Below are positions 46,246-55,804 of a DNA stretch of 64,000 nucleotides, one piece after another. Numbering within the stretch: position 1 is the first letter of the stretch; every line of letters starts with the position of its first letter. Position numbers and translations under genes: made by a program. The stretch is from Janthinobacterium sp. GTDB lineage: Bacteria; Pseudomonadota; Gammaproteobacteria; Burkholderiales; Burkholderiaceae_D. Location of the stretch: the NCBI RefSeq assembly GCF_025356595.1, contig NZ_JANXSQ010000167.1. One strand, 5' to 3'. Under the pieces are notes generated by a model. The model searched no databases. It was not told the origin of the DNA and saw only the letters and a program-made list of their open reading frames with translations.

Positions 46246-46360
46246 AAATCCCCGCCAGCGCCTTGAAAATCATGCAGTGTAAGCCCAGACGCGGGCGCCC
46301 GGCGGGGCCGGCGCCGAATATCGCCGCCGCGACTGTGGCGCGGCGGCGACAGGGCCGCCT

Positions 46361-46379
46361 TTGAAAGGCAATTGAAAGG
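46361..46379 (+). promoter_or_regulatory. Direct repeat TTGAAAGG-N3-TTGAAAGG (11-bp period), a candidate OmpR-family binding site
   Basis: Exact 8-mers at 46361-46368 and 46372-46379 in the tctD/porin divergent region, 77 nt upstream of the porin ATG. Confidence 0.4.
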
Positions 46380-46455
46380 TGGCCGGCCCTATAGTCGGGG
46401 CCTGATTCATGAGAATGATCAGGCATATCACTAATAACTATATCTGGAGACCCGC

Positions 46456-47523
46456 ATGAAAAAAACCGCAATGTCGCTGGCCGCCGTGGCCGCCCTGGGC
46501 GCCGCCTTCGGCGCGCAGGCGCAATCGAACGTCAGCGTCTACGGCTTGCTCGACGCCGGCATCGACAACACCAGCAACGCCAGCGCCGGCAAGGGCTCGA
46601 TGTCGCGCGTCACCTCGGGCGGCATGAACACCTCGCGCTGGGGCATCCGCGGCAATGAGGATCTGGGCAACGGCCTGAAGGCGGTCTTCCAGCTGGAGGG
46701 CGGCATCCTGCTCGACACCGGCGCGGCCGACGGCGCGCTGTTCAAGCGCCAGGCCAACGTCGGCCTGGAGGGCGGCTTCGGACGCGTCGTCGTCGGCCGC
46801 TCCTTCACTTCGGTGTACGACTTCGTGCTGCCTTTCGATCCGATGGGTTACGCGCCTTCGTACTCGTGGGCCACCTCGGCAAACGCCACCACGGCGCAGG
46901 GCAAGTTGGGCATGACGACCGCCTTCGACAACATGATCAAGTATAGCGGCGAAGCGGGCGGCTTCAAGTTCGGCGCCTCCTACGGCTTCGGCGAGCAGGC
47001 CAGCGGCGCGGCCGACGGCGCCAGGTTCGCGCTGGCTTCCTCGTACAGCTTCGGTCCGGTCAGCCTGATGGCGACGTATGAAAAAGCCAACGGCAACACC
47101 GTCGCCCCGCTCACCGAGCGCGACAAGACCACCGTCTACCATCTGGGCGCGATGTACTCGAACGGCCCGCTGAAGGTGCAGGCCGCCATGCGCGACTACA
47201 AGATGGATCCGGCCAAGCTGGGCGTGGCCGACATCAAGGGCAGCACCTACTGGGGCGGCGTGAGCTACCAGAGCGCGCCTGCCGTGACGCTGACCGGCGC
47301 CGTGTATTACCTGAACGTGAAAAACGTCGCCAGCAACGCCGACGCCGATCCGATCATGTACGTGGCCCGCGTCAAGTACGCGCTCTCGAAACGCACCGAC
47401 CTGTACGTCGCCGCCGCCTACGCCAAGGCCAAGCACGATCTGCTGGTCGGCCTGTCGCGCGACGACGCCGGTTTCGGCACGACCCAGCGCGGCGTCATCG
47501 CCGGCATCCAGCACCGCTTCTGA
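46456..47523 (+). CDS. Outer-membrane general porin (Gram-negative porin family)
   Basis: Signal peptide ending AQA. SNVSVYGLLDAGI first strand. C-terminal ..GIQHRF aromatic terminus. Confidence 0.93.
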   Translation: MKKTAMSLAAVAALGAAFGAQAQSNVSVYGLLDAGIDNTSNASAGKGSMSRVTSGGMNTSRWGIRGNEDLGNGLKAVFQLEGGILLDTGAADGALFKRQANVGLEGGFGRVVVGRSFTSVYDFVLPFDPMGYAPSYSWATSANATTAQGKLGMTTAFDNMIKYSGEAGGFKFGASYGFGEQASGAADGARFALASSYSFGPVSLMATYEKANGNTVAPLTERDKTTVYHLGAMYSNGPLKVQAAMRDYKMDPAKLGVADIKGSTYWGGVSYQSAPAVTLTGAVYYLNVKNVASNADADPIMYVARVKYALSKRTDLYVAAAYAKAKHDLLVGLSRDDAGFGTTQRGVIAGIQHRF

Positions 47524-47622
47524 GCGTAGCTCGGGTATAGTCGTGGCAAAGCGCCGGCGCAGGCCACGGCCCGCAGCCGTCCGGTGCGGGTCCGCCTCCC
47601 GCCCGCGCTTTGCGTAACAGTT

Positions 47623-47648
47623 CCGGCCACCCCGGTGGCCGGCGTTTC
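47623..47648 (+). terminator. Putative terminator after the porin gene
   Basis: CCGGCCAC-cccg-GTGGCCGG hairpin followed by a weak T tract (CGTTTC). Confidence 0.5.
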
Positions 47649-47668
47649 ACACCTTTCACGGAGTCGCG

Positions 47669-48640
47669 ATGGCGCAACGATGGAGCAAGACGGCGGCGGC
47701 CCTGCTGCTGGCGGCGGCGCTGCCGGCCGGCGCCACCACGGTCGAGTGCATCGTGCCGTCCAAGCCGGGCGGCGCCATGGACCTGACCTGCAAGCTGGCG
47801 CAGCAGGGCTTCGCGCTGCAGCCCGAGGCGGCGCCGAAACAGGTGCACATCAGTTATCTGCCGGGCGGCATCGGCGCCGTGGCCTGGCATTCGATGGTCT
47901 CGCAGCGCCGCCGCGCCGAGCCGGACACGCTGGTGGTGTTTTCCGGCGGTTCGCTGCTCAATCTGGCGCAGGGCAAGTTCGGCAAGGCCAGCGCCGCCGA
48001 CGTGCGCTGGGTCGCCGCGCTGGGCGCCGACTACGGCATGATCGCGGTGCGCAAGGATTCGCCCTACAAGACGCTGGCCGACCTGGTCGCCGCCCTGAAG
48101 CGGCATCCCGAGCAGGTGCTGATCGGCGTCTCCGGCACCATCGGCAGCCAGGACTGGGTGAAGATGGCGCTGGTGGCGAAGCAGGCCGGCGTCAACCCGC
48201 GCGCGCTGCGCTTCGTCGCGCTCGAGGGCGGCGGCGAAGCCTTCACGGCGCTGCAGGCCAGTTATGTGCAGGTGGTGCCGGGCGACGCCTCGGAGGCCAC
48301 CCTGAACTACGGCCGCGGCAACACGCGCGTGCTGGCGGTGCTGTCGGAACAGCGCCTGCCGGGCGTGCTGGCCGACGTGCCGACGGCGCGCGAGCAGGGC
48401 GTCGACGTGGTCTGGCCCATCATCCGCGGCGTCTGGATGGGGCCGCAGGTCAGCGAGGCCGACTACCAGCGCTGGGTGGCGACCTTCGGGCGCATGTTGG
48501 AGAACAAGCAGTTCGCGCAATTGCGCGCCGCCCACGGCCTGTATCCCTTCGGCCTGACGGGCGCGGCGCTGACCGAGTATGTCAGGAAGGCCGTGGACGA
48601 TTACGGCAAACGCGCCAGCGAACTGGGGCTGGTGCGCTGA
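47669..48640 (+). CDS. Bug-family (TctC-like) tripartite tricarboxylate transporter substrate-binding protein
   Basis: Signal peptide. IVPSKPGGAMD motif typical of Bug/TctC proteins. About 323 aa. Confidence 0.88.
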   Translation: MAQRWSKTAAALLLAAALPAGATTVECIVPSKPGGAMDLTCKLAQQGFALQPEAAPKQVHISYLPGGIGAVAWHSMVSQRRRAEPDTLVVFSGGSLLNLAQGKFGKASAADVRWVAALGADYGMIAVRKDSPYKTLADLVAALKRHPEQVLIGVSGTIGSQDWVKMALVAKQAGVNPRALRFVALEGGGEAFTALQASYVQVVPGDASEATLNYGRGNTRVLAVLSEQRLPGVLADVPTAREQGVDVVWPIIRGVWMGPQVSEADYQRWVATFGRMLENKQFAQLRAAHGLYPFGLTGAALTEYVRKAVDDYGKRASELGLVR

Positions 48641-48741
48641 GGGGCGCCGCCGGGCGGCGCGGCAGCGGGCCCGGTGCCTGGTGTTGGGTAGTGAACAAGC
48701 CGCTCAGGCGGATAAAAAATCAACGATAACGGAGATACGAC

Positions 48742-49827
48742 ATGCTGAAAAAAACCATCCTCGCCACGGCGCTGGCAACCCTGGCCTCGGCCGCGCTGGC
48801 GCAGGTGCCGGCCGGCTATCCGGCCGATTACCAGAAGATCATCGACGCGGCCAAAAAAGAGGGCAAGGTGGTGATCTACGGCGCCACCGACAGCAAGGCC
48901 GCCGCGCCGCTGATCAAGGATTTCAGCGCCCTGTATCCGGGCATTTCGGTCGAGTACAACGACATGAATTCGACCGAGGTGTACAACCGCTTCATCTCCG
49001 AGGTGGCGGCCGGCGGCAACACCGCCGACGTCATGTGGTCGTCGGCGATGGACCTGCAGATGCGCCTGGCCTCGGACGGCTACGCGCTGAAATACAAATC
49101 GGTGGAATCGTCCAAGATCCCCGGCTGGGCGCTGTGGGACGACATGGCCTACGGCACCACCTTCGAGCCGGCCGCCATCGTCTACAACAAGCGCCTGGTC
49201 GACGCCAAGGAGGTGCCGCAGACGCACGCCGACTTCGCCAAGCTGATCGCGCTGCCGAAGTTCAAGGACAAGGTCACCACCTACGACATCGAGAAATCCG
49301 GCGTCGGCTTCATGTTCATGACCCAGGACGCCAAGGAATTCGGCAAATTCCTCGAGCTGGAGAACGCCTTCGGCGCGGCCAAGGTGCGCGTGCAGTCGTC
49401 CACCGGCACGATGATGGAGCGCATCTCCTCGGGCGAGAACCTGATCGGCTACAACGTGCTGGGCTCCTACGCGCTGGTGCGCGCCAAGACCGATCCCTCG
49501 ATCGGCGTGGTGCTGCCGAAGGACTACACGCTGATTTTGTCGCGCGTCCAGTTCATCAACAAGGCGGCCAAGAACGTCAACGCCGCCAAGCTGTGGATGG
49601 ACTACCTGCTCTCGCACCGCGGCCAGACCGTCATCGCCAACGGCTCGAAACTGTTCGCCATCCGCGCCGACGTGACGGGCGAAACCACCTCGGCCGACCT
49701 GATCAAGCAGATCGGCGCGGCCAACGTCAAGCCGGTGCCGGTGCATCCGATCATCCTGCAGTTCCTCGGCCCGGCCAAGCGCATGGCCTTCCTGAAACAG
49801 TGGAAAGAAACGGCCGGCAAGAAGTAA
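48742..49827 (+). CDS. ABC transporter periplasmic substrate-binding protein (Fe3+/FbpA-AfuA-like family)
   Basis: Signal peptide. KEGKVVIYGATD..FxxxYPGI pattern typical of the iron(III)-type SBP family. Confidence 0.85.
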   Translation: MLKKTILATALATLASAALAQVPAGYPADYQKIIDAAKKEGKVVIYGATDSKAAAPLIKDFSALYPGISVEYNDMNSTEVYNRFISEVAAGGNTADVMWSSAMDLQMRLASDGYALKYKSVESSKIPGWALWDDMAYGTTFEPAAIVYNKRLVDAKEVPQTHADFAKLIALPKFKDKVTTYDIEKSGVGFMFMTQDAKEFGKFLELENAFGAAKVRVQSSTGTMMERISSGENLIGYNVLGSYALVRAKTDPSIGVVLPKDYTLILSRVQFINKAAKNVNAAKLWMDYLLSHRGQTVIANGSKLFAIRADVTGETTSADLIKQIGAANVKPVPVHPIILQFLGPAKRMAFLKQWKETAGKK

Positions 49828-49944
49828 ATCGCGTCGGCCAGCCGCCACGCCCATAGCCTTATTGCGGGGCCGGACCCAGCCGGTCCGCCCCGCGCCCGGC
49901 GCCGTGTTCCCGCGGCGCAGGGCCCCCTCACGATCGGATTTTTC

Positions 49945-51720
49945 ATGCACACTGCAACCCTTGCGCGCCCCAGCCGGCTGCGCCTGAACTGGCCGCGCGG
50001 CGTCGTGGTGACGCTCACCTGCGTCGCCATCTTCCTGCCGCTCTTCCTGATTTTCTACCAGAGCTTCCTGTCCGCGCCCTTCTTCATGCCGGTCAAGGAG
50101 TTCGGTTTCGATTCCTACCGCTTCATCTTCGACGACCCCGACTTCGGCATGGCCTTCAAGAACGGCATGATCCTGGCCACCGGCCTGGCCGTGATCGCCG
50201 TGCCGCTGGGCGGCATGCTGGCCTTCCTGATGGTGCGCACCGATCTGCCGGGACGGGGCTGGATCGCGCCCATGCTGCTGGTGCCGATCTTCGTCTCGCC
50301 GATGGTGATGGGCTTCGGCTACGTCGTCTCGATGGGGCCGGTGGGCTTCTACTCGCTGTGGGCCAAGCAGCTGCTCGGCTTCATCCCGTGGAACATCTAT
50401 TCCTTCACCAGCATCGTCATCATCGCCGGCCTGACCCACGTGCCGCACGTCTACCTGTACGCCTCGTCGGCGCTGAAAAGCCTCGGTTCGGACGTCGAGG
50501 AGGCGGCCCGCGTGGCCGGCGCCTCGCCGATCCAGGTCATGCTCAACGTCTCGCTGCCGATGATCATGCCGGCCCTGGCCTACGCCGGCGTGCTGGTGTT
50601 CTTCCTCGGCTTCGAGGTCTTCGGCCTGGTGCTGGTGCTGGGCGATCCGGAGGGCCACCTGGTGCTGGCCACCTATCTGTACAAGCTCACCAACAAACTG
50701 GGCACGCCGTCCTACCACCTGATGGCCGCCGTCGCCGTCTGCCTGGTGATGGTGACGATGCCGCTGGTGATGCTGCAGCGCTGGTTGCTGAAGTCGGCCA
50801 ACAAATACGTCTCGATCAAGGGCAAGGGCGCGCGCAGCAAGGCCATGCCGCTGGGCCGCTGGAAGTGGTTGGCCTTCGCCCTGCTGGCCGGTTGGCTGCT
50901 GTTCACCATCATCCTGCCGATCTCCGGCATCGTGCTGCGCTCCTTCGTCGAATACTGGGGCGAGGGCGTCAGGCTGGCCGACGTGCTGACCCTGCAGCAC
51001 TTCCGCGACATCCTCGACCAGCCCTCGCTGATGCGCGGCATCCTCAACACGGTCCTGATCGGCGTCGTCGGCGGCGCGCTGGCCGTGGTCTGCTACTGCG
51101 CCATCGCGCTGGCCATGCACCGCAAGCCGGACGGCATCACCCGCCTGCTCGACTACAGCGTGCTGGTGCCGCGCGCCATTCCGGGCCTGCTGGCCGGCCT
51201 GTCCTTCCTGTGGGTCTTCCTGTTCGTGCCGGCCTGGCTGGACGGTTTCCTGAAGACGATGGACAACGGCGTCGCCGTCTGGCTCAGCGGGCATGTGATT
51301 CCGCTGCTGCGCGAGGTGCGCTCGACCATCTTCGCGCTGTGGTTGGCGTATTCGGTGGTGTGGTTGGCCTACGGCATGCGCCTGATCTCGACGGCGCTGC
51401 TGCAGGTCGGCCCCGAGCTGGAGGAGGCGGCGCGCGCGGTCGGCGCCAGCCGCGGCCAGGTGACGCGCGACGTCACGCTGCCGCTGGTCAAATTCGGCCT
51501 GCTGGGCGCCTGGCTGATGGTCTTCCTGATCTTCGAGCGCGAGTATTCGACCGGCGTCTACCTGCTCTCGCCGGGCACCGAGGTGATCGGCGCGATGCTG
51601 GTCTCGCTGTGGGCGGGCGGTTCGACCGACCTGGTGGCGGCGCTGTCCTTCATCAACATCTCCCTGGTGGCCATCGGCCTGGGCCTGGCCCTGCGTTTCG
51701 GCGTCAAGCTGCACAACTAA
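49945..51720 (+). CDS. ABC transporter permease with two fused BPD-type permease domains (FbpB-like)
   Basis: 591 aa. About 12 TM segments. Two EAA-like loops (EEAARVAGAS and EEAARAVGAS). Confidence 0.9.
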   Translation: MHTATLARPSRLRLNWPRGVVVTLTCVAIFLPLFLIFYQSFLSAPFFMPVKEFGFDSYRFIFDDPDFGMAFKNGMILATGLAVIAVPLGGMLAFLMVRTDLPGRGWIAPMLLVPIFVSPMVMGFGYVVSMGPVGFYSLWAKQLLGFIPWNIYSFTSIVIIAGLTHVPHVYLYASSALKSLGSDVEEAARVAGASPIQVMLNVSLPMIMPALAYAGVLVFFLGFEVFGLVLVLGDPEGHLVLATYLYKLTNKLGTPSYHLMAAVAVCLVMVTMPLVMLQRWLLKSANKYVSIKGKGARSKAMPLGRWKWLAFALLAGWLLFTIILPISGIVLRSFVEYWGEGVRLADVLTLQHFRDILDQPSLMRGILNTVLIGVVGGALAVVCYCAIALAMHRKPDGITRLLDYSVLVPRAIPGLLAGLSFLWVFLFVPAWLDGFLKTMDNGVAVWLSGHVIPLLREVRSTIFALWLAYSVVWLAYGMRLISTALLQVGPELEEAARAVGASRGQVTRDVTLPLVKFGLLGAWLMVFLIFEREYSTGVYLLSPGTEVIGAMLVSLWAGGSTDLVAALSFINISLVAIGLGLALRFGVKLHN

Positions 51721-51742
51721 TTCAACTATAACGAGACCGAAT

Positions 51743-52816
51743 ATGAACGAATTATCCGTCAATGAGCTGTACCTCGATTACGGCACGGGCGCCTCCGCCA
51801 ACGCCATCCTGAAGGGTGTCTCGATGCACCTGAAAAAAGGCGAAGTGGTGGCCTTGCTGGGCCCCTCGGGCAGCGGCAAGACCACCCTGCTGCGCGCCGT
51901 CGCCGGCCTGGAAAGCCCGAAGCAGGGCAGCATCCACATCGGCGAACGCCAGGTCTTCGACGGCGCGCGGCGCTTCGAGATGCCGGCCGAACAGCGCAAC
52001 CTGGGCCTGGTGTTCCAGTCCTACGCCCTGTGGCCGCACAAGACCGTCTTCGACAACGTCGCCTACGGCCTGAAGCTGCGCAAGATGGCCAGCGGCGAGA
52101 TCGCCAACCGCGTCAACGAGGTGCTGGGCCAGCTCGGCCTGGGCCACCTGGGCGAGCGCTTCCCGCACCAATTGTCCGGCGGCCAGCAGCAGCGCGTGGC
52201 GATCGCCCGCGCGCTGGTCTACAACCCGCCCGTGATCCTGCTCGACGAACCGCTCTCGAACCTGGACGCCAAGCTGCGCGAAGAGGCGCGCGCCTTCCTG
52301 CGCGAGCTGATCGTGCGCCTGGGCCTGTCGGCGCTGATGGTCACGCACGACCAGGCCGAGGCGATGGCGATCTCCGACCGCATCCTGCTGCTCAACAACG
52401 GCAAGATCGAGCAGCAGGGCGCGCCGCAAAGCATGTACGAGACGCCCGACACCCTGTTCACGGCCGAGTTCATGGGCAGCAACAACCGCCTGCCGGGCCA
52501 GGTGATCCAGCGCGACGGCAGCAGCGTGCGCCTGAACGTCGACGGCGTGACGATGCAGGGCACGGCGCGCGGCCTGAACACGGGCGCCGACGTGGCCACC
52601 GTGATCCGCGTCGAGGAGGTCAAGATCAGCGCCACGCAGGTGGACAACGCGCTCGAATTGCCGCTGCTGACCTGCATGTATCTGGGCGACCGCTGGGAAT
52701 GCCTGTTCCACCGCAGCGGCCACAACGAGATCAGCCTGCGCGCCTACTCGAAGCACAAGCTCGAGGCCGGCAAGTACTGGTTGCACATGCCGGCCGACAA
52801 GCTCTGGGTTTTTTAA
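51743..52816 (+). CDS. ABC transporter ATP-binding protein (FbpC/PotA-like)
   Basis: Walker [10 protein letters not shown]. Signature [15 protein letters not shown]. Walker B ILLDEP. C-terminal TOBE-like domain. Confidence 0.95.
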   Translation: MNELSVNELYLDYGTGASANAILKGVSMHLKKGEVVALLGPSGSGKTTLLRAVAGLESPKQGSIHIGERQVFDGARRFEMPAEQRNLGLVFQSYALWPHKTVFDNVAYGLKLRKMASGEIANRVNEVLGQLGLGHLGERFPHQLSGGQQQRVAIARALVYNPPVILLDEPLSNLDAKLREEARAFLRELIVRLGLSALMVTHDQAEAMAISDRILLLNNGKIEQQGAPQSMYETPDTLFTAEFMGSNNRLPGQVIQRDGSSVRLNVDGVTMQGTARGLNTGADVATVIRVEEVKISATQVDNALELPLLTCMYLGDRWECLFHRSGHNEISLRAYSKHKLEAGKYWLHMPADKLWVF

Positions 52817-53223
52817 AGACCGCCGACGCGGTCCGGATAACGCCACGCTCATCCGGGCCGCGCATGCGCCGGCAATAACAGCGGCGCTCCCATTCTCCCT
52901 TCCCCGCAAGGCGGCGCAATTAACTTCGCGCGCCGCCGCCTATTCCCTGGCGTCCCGCCATAACCTCCCGCTATCGCCGTTGCTGTAACGCAACGCCGCA
53001 TGGATGCTCGCTTGCTGGCCCATCGGCGCCCGGCGCGGCGGGCGGACGCCGTCCCGGCCGTGGCTGGTTTAAGATAAAAATTAATAAAAGTTGCCGTGCA
53101 GGTATTTTATTCGGACGAATCCTACACCGTTCGTTTATAATTTAAAAAGAACACCGGCTGAAAATCGCGCTACCATCGGGCGGATTCGGCCATTTTTATT
53201 TTGGGCTCGGGGAAATATTTATA

Positions 53224-53958
53224 ATGCGCACTCAGGGCGTCAGTTTTTCGATCGCCAGGCACGCGGCCTGGGCCCCCGGCCTGGACACGCCGGAAGCGTG
53301 GCGGGAATGGGCGCGCGCGCCATTCCCCATCGTCGCCGGGGCCGAGGCGGGCGTGCGCGGGATGGCGCCCATGTTGCGCCGGCGCGCCGGCGCGCTCGGC
53401 AAGATGGCGCTGGAGGTGGCCTATGAGTGCCTGGAAGAGCGCCGCGACGTGCCGACCGTGTTCTGTTCGCGCCACGGCGAGGTGGCGCGCGCCGTCGATT
53501 TGCTGGGCGCCCTGGCGCGCGGCGAGTTGCTTTCGCCGACGGCCTTCGGCATGGCCGTGCACAACGCCAGCGCCGGCCTGTTCTCGATCGCCCGCGCCGA
53601 CCGGGCCAACCATGTCGCCCTGGCCGGCGGCGCCAGCACCATCGAACACGCGGTGATCGAAGCCTGCGGCCTGCTGGCCGACGGCGCGCCCATGGTCTTG
53701 CTGGTGGCCTGCGACACGGCCTTGCCGGCGCCCTTCGGCGCCTTCGAGGATTGCGCCGAACAGCCGCACGCCTGGGCCTGGCTGATGGTGCCGGCCGGCG
53801 CCGCGCCGTTCACGCTCAGCTGGAGCGCCGACGCGGCGCCCGCGCCGGCGCGGCAGCAGCCGGGCGGCCTGGAGGTGCTGCGCTTCCAGCTGGGCGGCGC
53901 GGCCGAACTGGAGCGCCGCGCCAGCGGACGGCGCTGGCGCTGGTCGCGCCATGCGTGA
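53224..53958 (+). CDS. Beta-ketoacyl synthase N-terminal-like protein (chain-length-factor-like, ApeC-type)
   Basis: 244 aa truncated KS-like sequence. First gene of the cluster, with the same content and order as recalled aryl-polyene (ape) clusters. Confidence 0.75.
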   Translation: MRTQGVSFSIARHAAWAPGLDTPEAWREWARAPFPIVAGAEAGVRGMAPMLRRRAGALGKMALEVAYECLEERRDVPTVFCSRHGEVARAVDLLGALARGELLSPTAFGMAVHNASAGLFSIARADRANHVALAGGASTIEHAVIEACGLLADGAPMVLLVACDTALPAPFGAFEDCAEQPHAWAWLMVPAGAAPFTLSWSADAAPAPARQQPGGLEVLRFQLGGAAELERRASGRRWRWSRHA

Positions 53959-54724
53959 ACGGCTCTCGCGCGGCTGGCGCCTGTGCGCCACCGGCCTGAG
54001 TTTCGTCCTGTTCGGCATCGGCGGCCTGGCGCTGCGGCTGCTCGTTTTCCCGCTGCTGAATCTGCTGATCCGGCACACGCAGCGGCGCATCGCCGTCGCG
54101 CGCACGGTGATACGCCTGACCTTCCGCGCCTATATCGGCGTGATGCGCGGCCTGGGCGTGCTGCGCTACGAGATCAGCGGCCTGGAAAAGCTGGAGCGGG
54201 GCGGTTTGCTGATACTGGCCAACCACCCGACGCTGATCGACACGATTTTCCTGATGGCCTTCGTGAAGCGCGCCGATTGCGTCGTCAAGGGCGCACTATG
54301 GGACAATCCGTTCACGCGCGGCCCGGTGCGCGCGGCCGGCTACATCAACAACGCCAACGGCGTCGACCTGGTGGCCGATTGCATCGCCTCCTTGCGGCGC
54401 GGCAACAACCTGATCATCTTCCCGGAGGGCACGCGCACCCCGGCCGACGGGGTCATCAGCCTGAAGCGGGGCGCCGCCAACATCGCCGTGCGCGGCGCGC
54501 GCGACATGACGCCGGTGCGCATCAGCTGCCAGCCCTCGACGCTGGGCAAGGGCGAAAAATGGTGGAAGGTGCCGGCGCGGCGGGTGCAGTTCCGCATCGC
54601 CGTGCAGGACGACCTGGCCATAGCCGGTTTTATCGGCGGCGGCGCCAGCGAAGTGATGGCGGCGCGCGCCTTGACGACTTATTTGCAACATTATTTTACG
54701 GGGACATCAGAGAACCATGCTTGA
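53951..54724 (+). CDS. Lysophospholipid/glycerol-3-phosphate acyltransferase family protein (ApeD-type)
   Basis: HX4D motif NHPTLID and FPEGTRT motif. N-terminal TM segment. Confidence 0.88.
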   Translation: MRERLSRGWRLCATGLSFVLFGIGGLALRLLVFPLLNLLIRHTQRRIAVARTVIRLTFRAYIGVMRGLGVLRYEISGLEKLERGGLLILANHPTLIDTIFLMAFVKRADCVVKGALWDNPFTRGPVRAAGYINNANGVDLVADCIASLRRGNNLIIFPEGTRTPADGVISLKRGAANIAVRGARDMTPVRISCQPSTLGKGEKWWKVPARRVQFRIAVQDDLAIAGFIGGGASEVMAARALTTYLQHYFTGTSENHA

Positions 54725-54971
54725 ACAGGAAGTGAAAGAACTTATCATCGAGGCCTTGCAGCTGGAAGACATCGGCGTCGACGACATCGACACCGACGCG
54801 CCCTTGTTCGTCGAAGGACTGGGTCTCGATTCCATCGACGCGCTGGAACTGGGCGTCGCCTTGCAGCAGAAGTATGGCATTTCCCTGTCGGCCGACGCCG
54901 AGGACACGCGGCGCCATTTCGCGTCGGTGCGCGCGCTGGCGGCCATGGTCGTCAGTCTTAGAAAGAAGTAA
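54717..54971 (+). CDS. Acyl carrier protein
   Basis: 84 aa. Phosphopantetheine site LGLDSIDALEL. Confidence 0.9.
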   Translation: MLEQEVKELIIEALQLEDIGVDDIDTDAPLFVEGLGLDSIDALELGVALQQKYGISLSADAEDTRRHFASVRALAAMVVSLRKK

Positions 54972-54981
54972 GGAGTACGGT

Positions 54982-55254
54982 ATGGTAGTGATGAGTGAAA
55001 TGAGCCGCAACGAGTTGTACACCTGGGTGGTCGACCTGCTGGCCGAGATGTTCGAGCTGGACCGGGCGGAGCTGACGCCGCAGTCGAACCTGTATTCGGA
55101 GCTCGACATCGACAGCATCGACGCCGTCGACCTGGCGGTGAAGCTGAAGCAGTTGACCGGCAAGCGCCTGCAGCCGGAAGTGTTCAAGACCATCCGCACG
55201 ATCGACGACGTGGTGAACGCCTTGCTGGGCGTGGCGGCGGAGCAGGCGGCTTAA
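54982..55254 (+). CDS. Acyl carrier protein (second copy)
   Basis: ATG at 54982 with AAGGAG upstream. ELDIDSIDAVDL attachment site. Confidence 0.88.
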   Translation: MVVMSEMSRNELYTWVVDLLAEMFELDRAELTPQSNLYSELDIDSIDAVDLAVKLKQLTGKRLQPEVFKTIRTIDDVVNALLGVAAEQAA

Positions 55255-55255
55255 A

Positions 55256-55804
55256 GTGTGGCTGACCGCGTTGACGGCGTTGATCACGCTGCTGTATCCC
55301 CTGGCGATCTGGTACGGCCAGGGTCAGATCGAACCGCGCTGGCTGGCCGGCCTGCTGTTGCTGGCGGCCGCCACCCGGCTGCCGTCGCTGAAGCTGGGCG
55401 GGGCGGCGCGCTGGTCGGTGGCCGGCGCCATGCTGCTGGTCGGCTGCGCCATCTGGAGCAATCTGCTGCTGCCCCTGAAACTGTATCCGGTGCTGGTGAA
55501 CGGCGCGCTGCTGATCGTCTTCGCCTACAGCCTGGGCGCGCCGCAGTCCATCATCGAACGCCTGGCGCGCCTGCGCGAGCCGGACTTCCCGCCCGCCGCC
55601 GTGGCCTACACGCGCCGCGTCACGCAGGTCTGGTGCGGCTTCTTCCTCGTCAACGGCGGCGTCGCCCTGGGCACCGCGCTGTGGGCCTCGGACGCCGTCT
55701 GGTCGCTGTACACCGGCGTGATCGCCTATCTGCTGATGGGCCTGCTGTTCGGCGCCGAGTATCTCGCGCGCCGGCGCTTCAAACGCTCGCACCATGTCCG
55801 ATAG
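55256..55804 (+). CDS. Small polytopic membrane protein (COG4648/ApeG-like)
   Basis: GTG start 1 nt after the ACP stop. Five or so hydrophobic helices. Position conserved in ape-type clusters. Confidence 0.7.
   Translation: MWLTALTALITLLYPLAIWYGQGQIEPRWLAGLLLLAAATRLPSLKLGGAARWSVAGAMLLVGCAIWSNLLLPLKLYPVLVNGALLIVFAYSLGAPQSIIERLARLREPDFPPAAVAYTRRVTQVWCGFFLVNGGVALGTALWASDAVWSLYTGVIAYLLMGLLFGAEYLARRRFKRSHHVR

Noticed and set aside
48601-51762. A 1053-aa ORF on the minus strand spanning the ABC binding-protein and permease genes.
   Set aside because: It is antisense to two genes with clear family signatures. Its composition is dominated by Arg/Gly/Ala/Asp/His/Gln with no motifs. This is a typical stop-free shadow frame in high-GC DNA.
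53130-53226. TATAAT hexamers at 53136-53141 and 53219-53224 upstream of the APE-like operon.
   Set aside because: The first has no acceptable -35 at 16-18 nt. The second overlaps the start codon itself. The promoter cannot be placed by eye.
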